Source of the DNA: an uncultured Gemmatimonadales bacterium
GTDB taxonomy: Bacteria; Gemmatimonadota; Gemmatimonadetes; Gemmatimonadales; GWC2-71-9
Assembly (NCBI GenBank): GCA_963825055.1
Contig: CAWGSK010000007.1
Span: 152,450 to 216,449 of the forward strand
Direction of reading: 5' to 3'
DNA length: 64,000 nucleotides
The notes below the pieces were generated by a model, which was given only the letters and a program-made list of their open reading frames with translations, was not told where the DNA came from and did not search any database. Shown here piece by piece: positions 1-9,370 of the stretch; position 1 is the stretch's first letter; each line of letters opens with the position of its first letter. The position numbers and the translations under genes are program-made.

Positions 1-275
1 CCGACGTCCCGGGCGGGGTGCTCAATGTCGTGACCGGGCACCGGGCCGAACTGACCGCGGTGCTCGCGGCACATGACGACGTGGACGGGCTCTGGTACTT
101 CGGAGCGGACGGCGGGAGCGCGGACGTCGAGCGCCTCTCGGCGGGCAACATGAAGCGCACCTGGGTCGATCATGGCGTTGCGCGCGAGTGGACCAGCGCC
201 GAACAGGGCGAAGGCCGTGCGTTCCTGCGGCATGCCACGCAGGTGAAGAATATCTGGGTGCCGTACGGCGAGTGA
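1..275 (+). CDS. Aldehyde dehydrogenase family protein, C-terminal part (5' end outside window)
   Basis: Translation GVLNVVTG...AAHDDVDGLWYFG...AGNMKRTW...QVKNIWVPYGE resembles ALDH-family C-termini. Confidence 0.8.
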   Translation, partial: DVPGGVLNVVTGHRAELTAVLAAHDDVDGLWYFGADGGSADVERLSAGNMKRTWVDHGVAREWTSAEQGEGRAFLRHATQVKNIWVPYGE

Positions 276-310
276 GAAGTAAGAAGTGAGAAGCAGGAAC
301 GAAGGCCGGC

Positions 311-514
311 GGCCGGCTCATCCGCGCGCCCACGTTCTACCTGGCGGTCGGCAGCCAGGCCAATGTCGGTGGCGCCGCCTCGGCGCCCGTCGTGGCATCG
401 GCGTTCCATCCGAGCCTGGCCCCGGTGGGGGTGCTGCTGGCGGTGCTGGGCTACGCGGTGGGAACCTACGGGGCGTGGGTCTGCGGGCAGTTGATGCGGA
501 TGGTGGCGAACTGA
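311..514 (+). pseudogene. C-terminal remnant of a DUF819-family membrane protein
   Basis: Reads GRLIRAPTFYLAVGSQANVGGAASAPVVASAFHPSLAPVGVLLAVLGYAVGTYGAWVCGQLMRMVAN*. In-frame TGA at 287-289 and no start codon upstream; motif SQANVGGAASAP recognised as DUF819-like. Confidence 0.7.
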
Positions 515-521
515 ACGGGAG

Positions 522-637
522 GCGGCAGTCGGCAATCGGCAAATCGGCAGTCGGCAGTCGGCAATCGGCAATGGGCAATCGGCAGTTGCGATGGCTCCTC
601 CCCTGAAACACTACTCACTACCCACTACTCACTGCTC
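522..637. repeat. Heptamer tandem-repeat arms (TCGGCAR array and CACTACT array)
   Basis: ggcagtcggcaatcggcaaatcggcagtcggcagtcggcaatcggcaa... then cactactcactacccactactcactgctc; the ppx stop codon lies inside the second array. Confidence 0.85.
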
Positions 638-2195
638 CCTCTTCCACCACCTCGACCTCCACCCCCAGCACCTTCCCCAGCACGTCCGCCTTGCTGCCGG
701 CGCTCCAGCATTCCAGGCCGATGTCGGCGCTCTTCCGGGCCGGGGAGGCGGTGATCACGAGGCGTTTCTGGTCCAGGGAGGTCTTGAGCCCCCGGACGGC
801 GCCGACGTGACCCCGGTCGAGGCCGTCCGCCACGCGGAGGATGCCGGAGAGGCGCCGCACGACAGCCTGCTCGCTCCTGTCCAGCGCCGAGAACCCCTCG
901 TGCTTCCCGCGCGGCCCCTTCTTCCGGTGGTAGCGCGCGATGAGTGCCACGAGGCTGCGGTCGGAGGGCGCGAGGTTGAGCCGCTCGGCGTGCATGATGA
1001 GCTGGTAGCTGTGCTTGTGGTGCTTGCGATAGCTCATCATCTGGCCGATGTCGTGCAGCAGGGCCGCGGTTTCGAGGAGTCGGCGCTCCTCGGGGCCCGC
1101 GCCAAGGTGGCCCTGAAGCTGGGTGAACAGTTCGACGGCCAGGGCCCGCACGTGCTCGGCGTGCTCCCGGTCCACCTGGCAGCGCTCGACGAATTCGCGT
1201 GCCTCCCGGAGCGGCTCCTCCGGCTCGCCGCGCCCGGCCAGGCCCGCCATCTCCAGCAGCAGGCCTTCGCGGAGCCCGAAGGCGCTGATGGTCACCTCGC
1301 GGGCCTCCACCCAGTCGAGCAGGGCCGACATGATGGCCAGCCCTCCCACGATGATGTCGGCACGCTGCGGGTTGAGCCCGGGCAGCTGCCTCCGCTCCTC
1401 GGGCGACATGTGGGAGAGCCGGTCCAGCAGCTGCTCCACGTCCGCCACCGCGACCGTCATCCCGTGGACCTGTCCGACTGTGGGCAGGTCGCGCTGCGCG
1501 GCCACCATGCGGCCGAGATTGGTGAAGGTGCCGCCCGACCCGATCACGCGCGACCGGGTCCATTCGCGACCAGGCAGTGACCTGCGAAGGGCCTTCCTGA
1601 CTGCGTTCCGGATCTTCCGCACCTGGCGAAAGGGATTCTTCCCGCCCTGGAGGTACGTCTCGGTGACGCGGACTGCCCCGTACGGCATGGAGGCGGACTG
1701 TTCAACCAGGCCGTCCACGGCCCCGATCAGTTCCAGGCTGCCGCCGCCGATATCGGCGACGATCGTGCGACCGCCTGAAAGCTGGAAGTGGTGGTTCACC
1801 GAGCGATAGGAGAGGCTCGCCTCGATCTCCTCGTCGATGATCCGGAGCGGGATCCCGAGTTCGTCCCGGACCAGGCGGCAGAAGGCCTCGCCGTTAGCTG
1901 CGTCGCGTACCGCAGCCGTAGCCACCGCCGCCACGCGGCGCACATTGCGACGCTCGCAGACCGCGCGCATCCGGCGCAGCGTCTGGAAGGCCCGCTCCAT
2001 GGCCTCCTCGCTCAGCAGGCCGGACGCCGCCAGCCCCGCCGCAAGGCGGGGCTGCTCCTTGACCTCGTCGATGATGCGAAGGCCGGTGGCGGGTTCGTAG
2101 GCCGCGACCACCAGCCGGATGGAGTTGGAGCCCACGTCGAGCGCCGCGAAGGGCTCGCCCGGGGACACGGCCTGCCGGTGGTGCGGGCCGCTCAT
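618..2195 (-). CDS. ppx: Ppx/GppA exopolyphosphatase with C-terminal HD domain
   Basis: AALDVGSNSIRL, ATAAVRDAAN, DIGGGSLE, GLREG, LLHDIG motifs; lies in the pst operon. Confidence 0.92.
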   Translation of the reverse strand: MSGPHHRQAVSPGEPFAALDVGSNSIRLVVAAYEPATGLRIIDEVKEQPRLAAGLAASGLLSEEAMERAFQTLRRMRAVCERRNVRRVAAVATAAVRDAANGEAFCRLVRDELGIPLRIIDEEIEASLSYRSVNHHFQLSGGRTIVADIGGGSLELIGAVDGLVEQSASMPYGAVRVTETYLQGGKNPFRQVRKIRNAVRKALRRSLPGREWTRSRVIGSGGTFTNLGRMVAAQRDLPTVGQVHGMTVAVADVEQLLDRLSHMSPEERRQLPGLNPQRADIIVGGLAIMSALLDWVEAREVTISAFGLREGLLLEMAGLAGRGEPEEPLREAREFVERCQVDREHAEHVRALAVELFTQLQGHLGAGPEERRLLETAALLHDIGQMMSYRKHHKHSYQLIMHAERLNLAPSDRSLVALIARYHRKKGPRGKHEGFSALDRSEQAVVRRLSGILRVADGLDRGHVGAVRGLKTSLDQKRLVITASPARKSADIGLECWSAGSKADVLGKVLGVEVEVVEEGAVSSG

Positions 2196-2908
2196 GCGCC
2201 CCCGGTTGCGGGGCCGGCCGGGGTGGGGGATTCCCCGCCGTCCTCCGCATGGTGCTTGATGGACTTGCCCTCCACCAGGAACACGACGTCTTCCGCCACG
2301 TTGGTGGCCAGGTCGGCGACGCGCTCCAGGTTCCGGCTGACCAGGAACAGTTCCATTCCCGCCCCGATCGTGTGCGGATCTTCCATCATATGCGTGAGCA
2401 TGATCCGGAAGACCGACTGGTGCAGGGCGTCCACCCGGTCGTCCCGGCGGCAGATGGCCCTGGCGGCGGTGGCATCGCCCCGGATGAAGGCCTCCAGCGC
2501 GTCGGACAGCATTTCCCGCGCGAGGCGGGCCATCTCGACGAGCTCCGGCTCCGGCATGATCGGTGGGGACTTGCTGAGCCGCTCGGCGGACTGGGCAATG
2601 TTCACCGCGTGGTCGCCGACCCGTTCCAGGTCGTTGGCGATCTTCATGGCCGAGGTCAGCATGCGGAGGTCGCGGGCCATGGGCTGCTGGAGGGCCAGGA
2701 GGTTGATGCAGGCCTCCTCCACCTCCATCTCCATGTTATCGATGACCTGGTCGCCCGCAATGACCTCGCGGGCCTGCCCGGAATCACGTTCCAGGAGGGC
2801 CTCGACGGCCTGGCTGAGCGCGGCCTCGGCTTCCCCGGACATGGTGAGGAGGCGGACCTTGACGGAGTTCAGCTCGTCATGAAAGTGGCGATGGGTCTCG
2901 AGACTCAT
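2192..2908 (-). CDS. phoU: Phosphate signalling protein PhoU
   Basis: [38 protein letters not shown]. Confidence 0.96.
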   Translation of the reverse strand: MSLETHRHFHDELNSVKVRLLTMSGEAEAALSQAVEALLERDSGQAREVIAGDQVIDNMEMEVEEACINLLALQQPMARDLRMLTSAMKIANDLERVGDHAVNIAQSAERLSKSPPIMPEPELVEMARLAREMLSDALEAFIRGDATAARAICRRDDRVDALHQSVFRIMLTHMMEDPHTIGAGMELFLVSRNLERVADLATNVAEDVVFLVEGKSIKHHAEDGGESPTPAGPATGGA

Positions 2909-3738
2909 CCGAATCTCCCGGTAATGTAGGCCTCGGTCCGTTCCTCGGACGGAGCAGTGAAGACCTGGTCGGTCTCGCCGAACTCAATCAGCTTACCGCC
3001 GTCCAGGAATGCAGTATAGTCGCTCACCCGCGCCGCCTGCTGCATGTTGTGGGTGACGATCACGATCGTGTATTGCGCCTTCAACTCGATGATCAGCTCC
3101 TCCACCCGTTGCGTCGCGACGGGGTCCAGCGCGGAGCACGGCTCATCCATGAGCAGGACTTCCGGGCGGTTGCCGAGCGCCCGTGCAATGCAGAGCCGCT
3201 GCTGCTGGCCACCCGACAGCCCCGTGGCGGGCTCTTCGAGCCGGTCCTTCACCTCGTCCCACAGCGCAGCCCGTCGCAGGCATTCCTCCACCAGGTCGGG
3301 CAGGTCACGTTTCGGCACCAGGGCGTTGAGCGCCGGGCCGTACGCCACGTTCGCGAAGATGGACTTCGGGAACGGGTTCGGCCGCTGGAAGACCATCCCC
3401 ACCCTCTGACGGAGGGTCACCAGGTCGACGCCGGGCGCGTATACCGAGTCCCCGAGGAGCTTGAGGTCTCCCTGGTGGGACGTGCCGAGGATCAGGTCGT
3501 TCATCCGGTTGATGGAGCGGAGGAACGTGGACTTGCCGCAACCGGAGGGCCCGATAATGGCCGTGACCGCCTGCAGGGGAACGGACAGGGTAATGCCCTT
3601 CAGGACCTCGCCCTTCCCGTAGGAGAAGCAAAAATCCTCCGCCTGGACCGCCGGTGCGCCCGGCCCCGGGTTGTCGGGGCGCGGGGCCAGGGTGCGGCGG
3701 ATGCCCGGAATGAGGCCACGCGACGCAGGGGCGCTCAC
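2905..3738 (-). CDS. pstB: Phosphate ABC transporter ATPase PstB (copy 2)
   Basis: [44 protein letters not shown]. Confidence 0.95.
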   Translation of the reverse strand: MSAPASRGLIPGIRRTLAPRPDNPGPGAPAVQAEDFCFSYGKGEVLKGITLSVPLQAVTAIIGPSGCGKSTFLRSINRMNDLILGTSHQGDLKLLGDSVYAPGVDLVTLRQRVGMVFQRPNPFPKSIFANVAYGPALNALVPKRDLPDLVEECLRRAALWDEVKDRLEEPATGLSGGQQQRLCIARALGNRPEVLLMDEPCSALDPVATQRVEELIIELKAQYTIVIVTHNMQQAARVSDYTAFLDGGKLIEFGETDQVFTAPSEERTEAYITGRFG

Positions 3739-4499
3739 CCGAACCGCCCGGTGACGTAGGCTTCGGTCTGCTCGTTGTGCGGCGTCGTGAACATCTGCTT
3801 CGTCTGTCCCGTTTCGACCATCGTGCCCAGGTAGAAGAAGGTGGTCGTGTCCGACACGCGCGCGGCCTGTTGCAGGTTGTGCGTCACGATCACGATGGTG
3901 AACTCCCGCTTGAGGTCGAACAGCAGTTCCTCGATGCGCTGGGTACTCTGCGGGTCGAGCGAGGCCGTCGGTTCGTCCAGGAGGATGACTTCGGGTCTCG
4001 GCGCGATCGTCCTGGCGATGCAGAGCCGCTGCTGCTGCCCGCCGGAGAGTGCGAGAGCGCTGCCCTTGAGGCGGTCCTTCACTTCATCCCAGAGGGCGGC
4101 CTGGCGCAGCGCCTGCTCCACGGCTTCGCCCATCCGGGCCCGGCCCAGGCCACCATTGATCCGGAGGCCCGCCGCCACGTTGTCGTAAATCGACATGGTC
4201 GGGAACGGCGTGGGGCGCTGGAACACCATCCCGATCCGGCGCCGCAGCTGCATCACGCTCACCCGGGGATGGTAGATATCCGCGCCGTCCAGCAGCACCG
4301 TCCCGGTGATCCAGCCACCCTCGACCAGCTCATGCATCCGGTTCATGGTCCGCAGGAACGTGCTCTTCCCGCACCCCGACGGTCCGATGAGCGCGTTCAC
4401 GGTGTTGGCCGCGAAACCGATGCTCACGTTCTTGACGGCAGTGAACTTGCCGTACATCGCCGTGAGCTTGTCGGTGGCGAGAATCGAGTCAGCGGACAC
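3735..4499 (-). CDS. pstB: Phosphate ABC transporter ATPase PstB (copy 1)
   Basis: [32 protein letters not shown]. Confidence 0.95.
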   Translation of the reverse strand: MSADSILATDKLTAMYGKFTAVKNVSIGFAANTVNALIGPSGCGKSTFLRTMNRMHELVEGGWITGTVLLDGADIYHPRVSVMQLRRRIGMVFQRPTPFPTMSIYDNVAAGLRINGGLGRARMGEAVEQALRQAALWDEVKDRLKGSALALSGGQQQRLCIARTIAPRPEVILLDEPTASLDPQSTQRIEELLFDLKREFTIVIVTHNLQQAARVSDTTTFFYLGTMVETGQTKQMFTTPHNEQTEAYVTGRFG

Positions 4500-5331
4500 G
4501 GAACTTCCCGCGCGTGGCGAGGCGGGCCGCGATGCTCAGTACCAGGACCACCAGGATCAGGACCAGCGCTGCCGCCCACGCCATGCGGTGCCATTCCTCA
4601 TAGGGGCCCGTGGCGTAGACGAACACCGCAAGCGGCAGCGCCGCCATCGGCCGGGACGGGTCGAGCGAGAAGAACTGGCTCCCGAGGGCCGTGAACAGGA
4701 GCGGCGCGGTTTCGCCCGCCACGCGCGCCACGGCGAGCAGTATCCCGGTAATGATCCCGGGCAGCGTGGCGCGGACGACCACGGTCAGGCTGGTCCGCCA
4801 GCGCGCATACCCAAGGGCCAGCGCGGCTTCCCGGAGGCTGTTGGGCACCAGCTTGATCATTTCCTCGGTGGTGCGCATGACCATCGGCACCATGAGCAGG
4901 GCGAGTGCCACACTGCCGGCGAACGCCGAAAAGTGTTTCTGGGCCGCCACGATCCACGCCCACGCAAACACTCCCACGACGATCGAGGGCGTCCCGTTCA
5001 TGACGTCGGCCACGAAGCGGGTCGTGACGGCGAGGCGAGTCCCGGGGTACTCCGAGGCATAGATGCCGGCGCCGATACCGATGGGAAGGCCGAGGAGGCA
5101 GGCCAGTCCCACGATGATGAGCGTCCCCACGATGGCGTGGGCCACCCCGCCGCCAGTCTGCCCCGGCGGCGCCGGCATCTCGGTGAAGAACGCCAGGTTC
5201 AGGCTGCCCGCGCCCTTGATGACCAGGTTGAGGAGGATGAAGATCAGCGGCAGCAGCGCGAGGATGACGCACGCCGCCATGAGCCCCACCATCACCCGTC
5301 CGCGGAAGCGGCGTAAGGTCCGGCGGTTCAC
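4489..5331 (-). CDS. pstA: Phosphate ABC permease PstA
   Basis: [28 protein letters not shown]. Confidence 0.95.
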   Translation of the reverse strand: MNRRTLRRFRGRVMVGLMAACVILALLPLIFILLNLVIKGAGSLNLAFFTEMPAPPGQTGGGVAHAIVGTLIIVGLACLLGLPIGIGAGIYASEYPGTRLAVTTRFVADVMNGTPSIVVGVFAWAWIVAAQKHFSAFAGSVALALLMVPMVMRTTEEMIKLVPNSLREAALALGYARWRTSLTVVVRATLPGIITGILLAVARVAGETAPLLFTALGSQFFSLDPSRPMAALPLAVFVYATGPYEEWHRMAWAAALVLILVVLVLSIAARLATRGKFRVR

Positions 5332-6314
5332 AGCGCCCGGCTCCCCGGGCCGGCCCCGCGCGAGACCCGCCAGATGAGCAGGCGCGCGCCGGCGTTTACC
5401 ACCACCGTCACCACGAACAGCAGCAGTGCGATGTAGGCCAGCGAGGCGAGGTGGATATCCGTCACCGCCTCGGTGAACTCGTTGGCGATCGCCGCCGCCA
5501 TGGTGTAGCCCGGTGCCAGCAGGGATGAGGCGATCTCGTGCCGGTTACCGATCAGCATGGTCACGGCCATCGTCTCACCCAGCGCCCGGCCGAGGCCGAG
5601 GATCACCGCGCCGATGATACCGCTCTTCGCGTAGGGCACGACCGCGGTGGTCACCGCCTCCCAGCGGGTGGCGCCCAGCGCGAGCGAGGCCTCGCGCTGG
5701 CTGTCCGGTACCGCGAGCAGCACCTCCCGGGTCACGGACATGATGTACGGCATGATCATGATCGCGAGGATGAGGCTGGCGGACAGCATCGAGGGCCCGT
5801 AGATCGGCCCCTGGAAGAACGGCAGGAAGCCGAGTGTCGCCTGCAGGAAGGGAAAGAGCGTCTTCGTCAGGACGGGAATCAGCACGAAGATGCCCCACAG
5901 GCCGTACACCACGCTGGGGATCGCCGCGAGGAGCTCGAGCATGAACGCCACCGGCTGCCGGATGGCCTGGGGCGCGAACTCTGTCAGGTAGATCGAGACG
6001 CCGAGGGACAGGGGCACGGCGATCAGCAGCGCCAGCGCGGACGAGAGCAGGGTGCCGAAGATCAGGGGAGCCGCCCCGAATCGTTCGGCCACTGGATCCC
6101 AGACGCTGGAGAAGGCGAACCCGATTCCGAAACGCTCGATGGCGGGCCAGGCCCCATGGATGAGCTGCCAGGCCAGCATGACCATGAGGATCGGGATGCC
6201 GAGCGCCGCCACCGTCAGCAGCAGGCGGAACAGGCGATCGGCATGCCCGGACCGCTTGAGCGACTCCGGGACGATCTGGGTCGATCCGGTGGACGGCTGC
6301 ACGGGTGTGGTCAT
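5328..6314 (-). CDS. pstC: Phosphate ABC permease PstC
   Basis: ELLAAIPSVVYGLWG, LGRALGETMAV. Confidence 0.95.
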   Translation of the reverse strand: MTTPVQPSTGSTQIVPESLKRSGHADRLFRLLLTVAALGIPILMVMLAWQLIHGAWPAIERFGIGFAFSSVWDPVAERFGAAPLIFGTLLSSALALLIAVPLSLGVSIYLTEFAPQAIRQPVAFMLELLAAIPSVVYGLWGIFVLIPVLTKTLFPFLQATLGFLPFFQGPIYGPSMLSASLILAIMIMPYIMSVTREVLLAVPDSQREASLALGATRWEAVTTAVVPYAKSGIIGAVILGLGRALGETMAVTMLIGNRHEIASSLLAPGYTMAAAIANEFTEAVTDIHLASLAYIALLLFVVTVVVNAGARLLIWRVSRGAGPGSRAL

Positions 6315-6349
6315 GGCGGGTGGAGTCTACTCGGGGCCGGCGGTGACCA

Positions 6350-6377
6350 TGTCACGGCAATGTAACGGACGTGTCAC
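6350..6377. promoter_or_regulatory. PHO-box-like 11-bp periodic direct repeats upstream of pstC
   Basis: TGTCAC(6350), TGTAAC(6361), TGTCAC(6372): exact 11-bp period. Confidence 0.7.
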
Positions 6378-6394
6378 GGGGGAGGAATGCAGGA

Positions 6395-6420
6395 CGGCCG
6401 GCCCCGTGGGGGGCCGGCCG
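6395..6420. terminator. GC-rich stem-loop between pstS and pstC (terminator or mRNA stabiliser)
   Basis: cggccggcccc-gtgg-ggggccggccg, 11-bp stem. Confidence 0.55.
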
Positions 6421-6450
6421 CCTGTGACGATGGGCCGCTCGACGTGCCGC

Positions 6451-7527
6451 TCAGCTGGCCGGGAGGGCCTTTCCCGCGGCCTGAAGCGTCTTGATCTTCG
6501 CCTCGACCAGGCCCTTCACGGTATCGGGGAGCGGGGCATAGCCCAGGTCGCTCGCCATCGACTGTGCCTCGGGCGAGATCATCCACTCGAGGTAGTCACG
6601 GATAACCTGGGCCTCGCCGGCGTCGGTCGCGTCCGCGTGGACCAGGAGCCAGGTGAAACTCGCAATCGGATACGCGTCTGCGCCCGGGGCGTTGGTGATG
6701 GAGACCCGGAAATCGGTGTCCGGCGTGAGGTTCGCGCTGGCGGCCGCCGCCGAGACCGCTTCCAGCGTCGGCTGGACGTAGTTCCCTGCCGCGTTCATCA
6801 CCTCGGCGTAGGGCAGGTCGTTGCTCCTCGCATAGATCAGCTCGACATAGCCGACCGTGCCCTCCACCTGCTTCACCTGCTGCGTCACGCCCTCGTTGCC
6901 CTTGCCGCCGAGCCCGACTGGCCAGTTCACGCTCGTCGCGGCGCCGACCCGTGACTGCCAGTCGGACGACACCTTGGACAGGTAGTCGGTGAAGACGAAC
7001 GAGGTCCCGGAGCCGTCCGACCGGTGCACCACGATCAGGTCGCGGTCGGGGAGCGGGATACCGGGATTGAGCGCCGCGAGACGGCGGTCGTTCCATTTGG
7101 TAATCCGGCCCAGGAAGATGTCCGCCAGCGCCGCGCCGTCGAGCTTGAGCTGGGCGGTCCCGAGCGAGGGCAGGTTGTAGGTCACCACCACCGCGCCCAG
7201 CACGGTGGGGATGTGCACGACGTTGCCGTTGACCTTGGCAATCTGCTCATCCGTCATCGGGCCATCGGTGGCGCCGAAGTCCACGGTGCCCTCCGTGAAC
7301 TGGCGGATGCCGCCGCCGGAGCCGATGGACTGGTAGTTGATCTGTACGCCCGTCTTCTGGGCGTAGGCGCCGAACCACCGGGTGTAGATCGGGTTCGGGA
7401 AGGTCGCCCCTGCGCCGGTCAGCTGCGTGGGCAGGTCGGCCTTGGCACCGTCGCCCGAGGACCCGCAGGCGGCCACGGCGCCCGCCAGCGCGGCGGTGGC
7501 AAGGAAACTCCGGAAAGTACGGGACAT
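6451..7527 (-). CDS. pstS: Phosphate-binding lipoprotein PstS
   Basis: GAGATFP, YQSIGSGGG, RSDGSGTS, GKGNEGV, YPI motifs; lipobox VAAC; start placed at MSRTF. Confidence 0.95.
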   Translation of the reverse strand: MSRTFRSFLATAALAGAVAACGSSGDGAKADLPTQLTGAGATFPNPIYTRWFGAYAQKTGVQINYQSIGSGGGIRQFTEGTVDFGATDGPMTDEQIAKVNGNVVHIPTVLGAVVVTYNLPSLGTAQLKLDGAALADIFLGRITKWNDRRLAALNPGIPLPDRDLIVVHRSDGSGTSFVFTDYLSKVSSDWQSRVGAATSVNWPVGLGGKGNEGVTQQVKQVEGTVGYVELIYARSNDLPYAEVMNAAGNYVQPTLEAVSAAAASANLTPDTDFRVSITNAPGADAYPIASFTWLLVHADATDAGEAQVIRDYLEWMISPEAQSMASDLGYAPLPDTVKGLVEAKIKTLQAAGKALPAS

Positions 7528-7584
7528 CGTCACGTCCTGGTTCGAGGTCTGGTGTAACGCGCGCCGCAATACAAGCCGCCGCGG

Positions 7585-7622
7585 GTCACGACGGGCGCAC
7601 GGTTCCGTCACGAAGCCGTAAC
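7585..7622. promoter_or_regulatory. PHO-box-like 11-bp periodic repeats upstream of pstS
   Basis: GTCAC 7585, CGCAC 7596, GTCAC 7607, GTAAC 7618. Confidence 0.7.
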
Positions 7623-7647
7623 GCCCGCCTGAAGGTCACGTTCCCGG

Positions 7648-8739
7648 CTAGAAATGCACCGTCATGGCGCTGCGGACACCGCTGATTGCCTGGGCGCCCG
7701 GGGCCTGGAACCCCTGCCGCTCATAGGCGACGCGGAACTGGGCGTTCTTTGACAGGTAGAAGTTCACGCCCGCGGTCACGATCGTGGTGCCGTTATCCGA
7801 CACGTCCGTGTCGGGATCCGAGAAGTCGAACCGGACCGCGGGCTCCACCGCGTAGAGCCAGGCGTCGGGCCGGGTCATCCGGATGTGCCACGCGCCGACC
7901 AGCGAGAGGCCGCGCAGGCCCGCCTTTGCCGCGGTTGCGTCCTCGCCCCACATGTAGTCCCCCACCAGGTACAGGCCGGGGTCGCCGACCTTGCCCCACT
8001 GCGCGTCGATCCCGTAGGCCATGTTGGTGAAGGAGGAGTCCGGCGTTCCGCCGACGTCCACAATCCCGTCATGAGAGAAGAGCGCCCCGCCGACGTTCAG
8101 GCCGGGCACCACGTCCACCGTCGCGCGGACGCCGAAGGACTTGCTGGCATTCACGTCCGCCTTCGTCTCGCCCTCGCCGTTGTACACCCCGCCCTGGATG
8201 AACAGGCCACGGGTGTCGTCGAGCTTCGTCTGGAACCGGAGCGCGGCCCCGATGTCGTGCGAGATGAAGCCGTTCCCGCCGAACAGGTCGTTCGAGGAGG
8301 CCTTGACCAGGCCCGGGCCGGCCCCACGCTCGATGGAGGGCAGGTTGTTCGAACTCGTCAGCTCATAGCGGCCGAACGGGCGCTTCTCCTGGCCCGCCCG
8401 CAGGGTCAGGGTCGTCTTCGAACCGGGACGGCTCAGCAGCACGTCGACGAACGCATCCCGCAGCCGGAGCCGCCGGGAGCCGTCCTCGAAGGAAGGCTGC
8501 ACGATGAGGTAGATCCGGTCGGTCAGCCAGCCGTCCACCTGGATCCGCGCGCGGCGGAGCAGGAACTCGCTCTTGGGGCCAGTGCCGGCGTAATCACTGT
8601 TGTCGAAGTAGTAGAACTGCTCCTGCAGCCGGCCGGCCACTTTCATCTGGGGATATGTGGCCTGGGCGGCGAGATGCGCGGCGGGTACGGCCAGGAGAAC
8701 CGCCGACACCAGCATGGAGAGTCGCAGCAGACGGGGCAT
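7648..8739 (-). CDS. Phosphate-selective porin (OprO/OprP-like)
   Basis: Signal peptide, FLLRRARI, LRDAFVD, GQEKRPF, IERG, C-terminal Phe; sits in the pst cluster. Confidence 0.8.
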   Translation of the reverse strand: MPRLLRLSMLVSAVLLAVPAAHLAAQATYPQMKVAGRLQEQFYYFDNSDYAGTGPKSEFLLRRARIQVDGWLTDRIYLIVQPSFEDGSRRLRLRDAFVDVLLSRPGSKTTLTLRAGQEKRPFGRYELTSSNNLPSIERGAGPGLVKASSNDLFGGNGFISHDIGAALRFQTKLDDTRGLFIQGGVYNGEGETKADVNASKSFGVRATVDVVPGLNVGGALFSHDGIVDVGGTPDSSFTNMAYGIDAQWGKVGDPGLYLVGDYMWGEDATAAKAGLRGLSLVGAWHIRMTRPDAWLYAVEPAVRFDFSDPDTDVSDNGTTIVTAGVNFYLSKNAQFRVAYERQGFQAPGAQAISGVRSAMTVHF

Positions 8740-8831
8740 GTGCCTTCCGTGTCAGTGTGGAACCAGGTGTATCACGGCCGGCGTCGTCCGGTCGTGAGCG
8801 AATCGTCACAGGACAATGGAACGACCGTCCA

Positions 8832-8869
8832 GTCACGGAGGCCTGACGCTTCGGTCACGGAATGGTAAC
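8832..8869. promoter_or_regulatory. PHO-box-like 11-bp periodic repeats upstream of the porin
   Basis: GTCAC 8832, CTGAC 8843, GTCAC 8854, GTAAC 8865. Confidence 0.7.
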
Positions 8870-8872
8870 AGG

Positions 8873-8935
8873 GGGCAGGAGGTCGGGAGGTCGGGAGGTC
8901 GAGGGCCGGGAGGTCGAGGACTCGGGAGGTTGAGA
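8873..8935. repeat. Octamer-type tandem repeat (GGGAGGTC)
   Basis: ggaggtcgggaggtcgggaggtcgagggccgggaggtcgaggactcgggaggttgag. Confidence 0.75.
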
Positions 8936-8942
8936 TGCGTCG

Positions 8943-9305
8943 TCAGCGTGTGCTGTCGGGCAGCCCGCGGAAGGGGTCCTGGAAGATTTCCTCGTCGGTC
9001 GCCACGAAGCGCTGGAGCGGATGGCTCCGGAGCTGGACCAGGAGATCCCCGGGCAGCGCGATGATCTCGATCGTCAGCCGCTCCCTGACCTCCGCGTCAC
9101 GACAAAGGAGCCAGAGGAGTGCGGCGCCCACCGGGTCGATCCGCCGGGTGTGTGAGGCGTCCAGCGTCAGGCGGGTCAGGGCGGCCTGCCCGTCCAGGGT
9201 CGCTCGAAGCCGGCGTACCAGGCGTGGTTCGACTTCGGCAGGCAGAACGAGATGGAGATGCTCCCCGCTGTTGGCGGGTCTGGCGGCAAGGATCGCGTCG
9301 GTCAT
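8943..9305 (-). CDS. STAS-domain (anti-anti-sigma/MlaB-like) small protein
   Basis: LTLDASHTRRIDPVGAALL resembles the STAS hhDhSxhxxhDSxG motif; ATG at 9305 chosen because PHO-like repeats lie at 9329-9366. Confidence 0.6.
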   Translation of the reverse strand: MTDAILAARPANSGEHLHLVLPAEVEPRLVRRLRATLDGQAALTRLTLDASHTRRIDPVGAALLWLLCRDAEVRERLTIEIIALPGDLLVQLRSHPLQRFVATDEEIFQDPFRGLPDSTR

Positions 9306-9370
9306 GGGCTCAACGGAAACCCCGCCCGGCCACGAAATGGCGGGCGGGGCGTAACGACCTCGCAACGACC

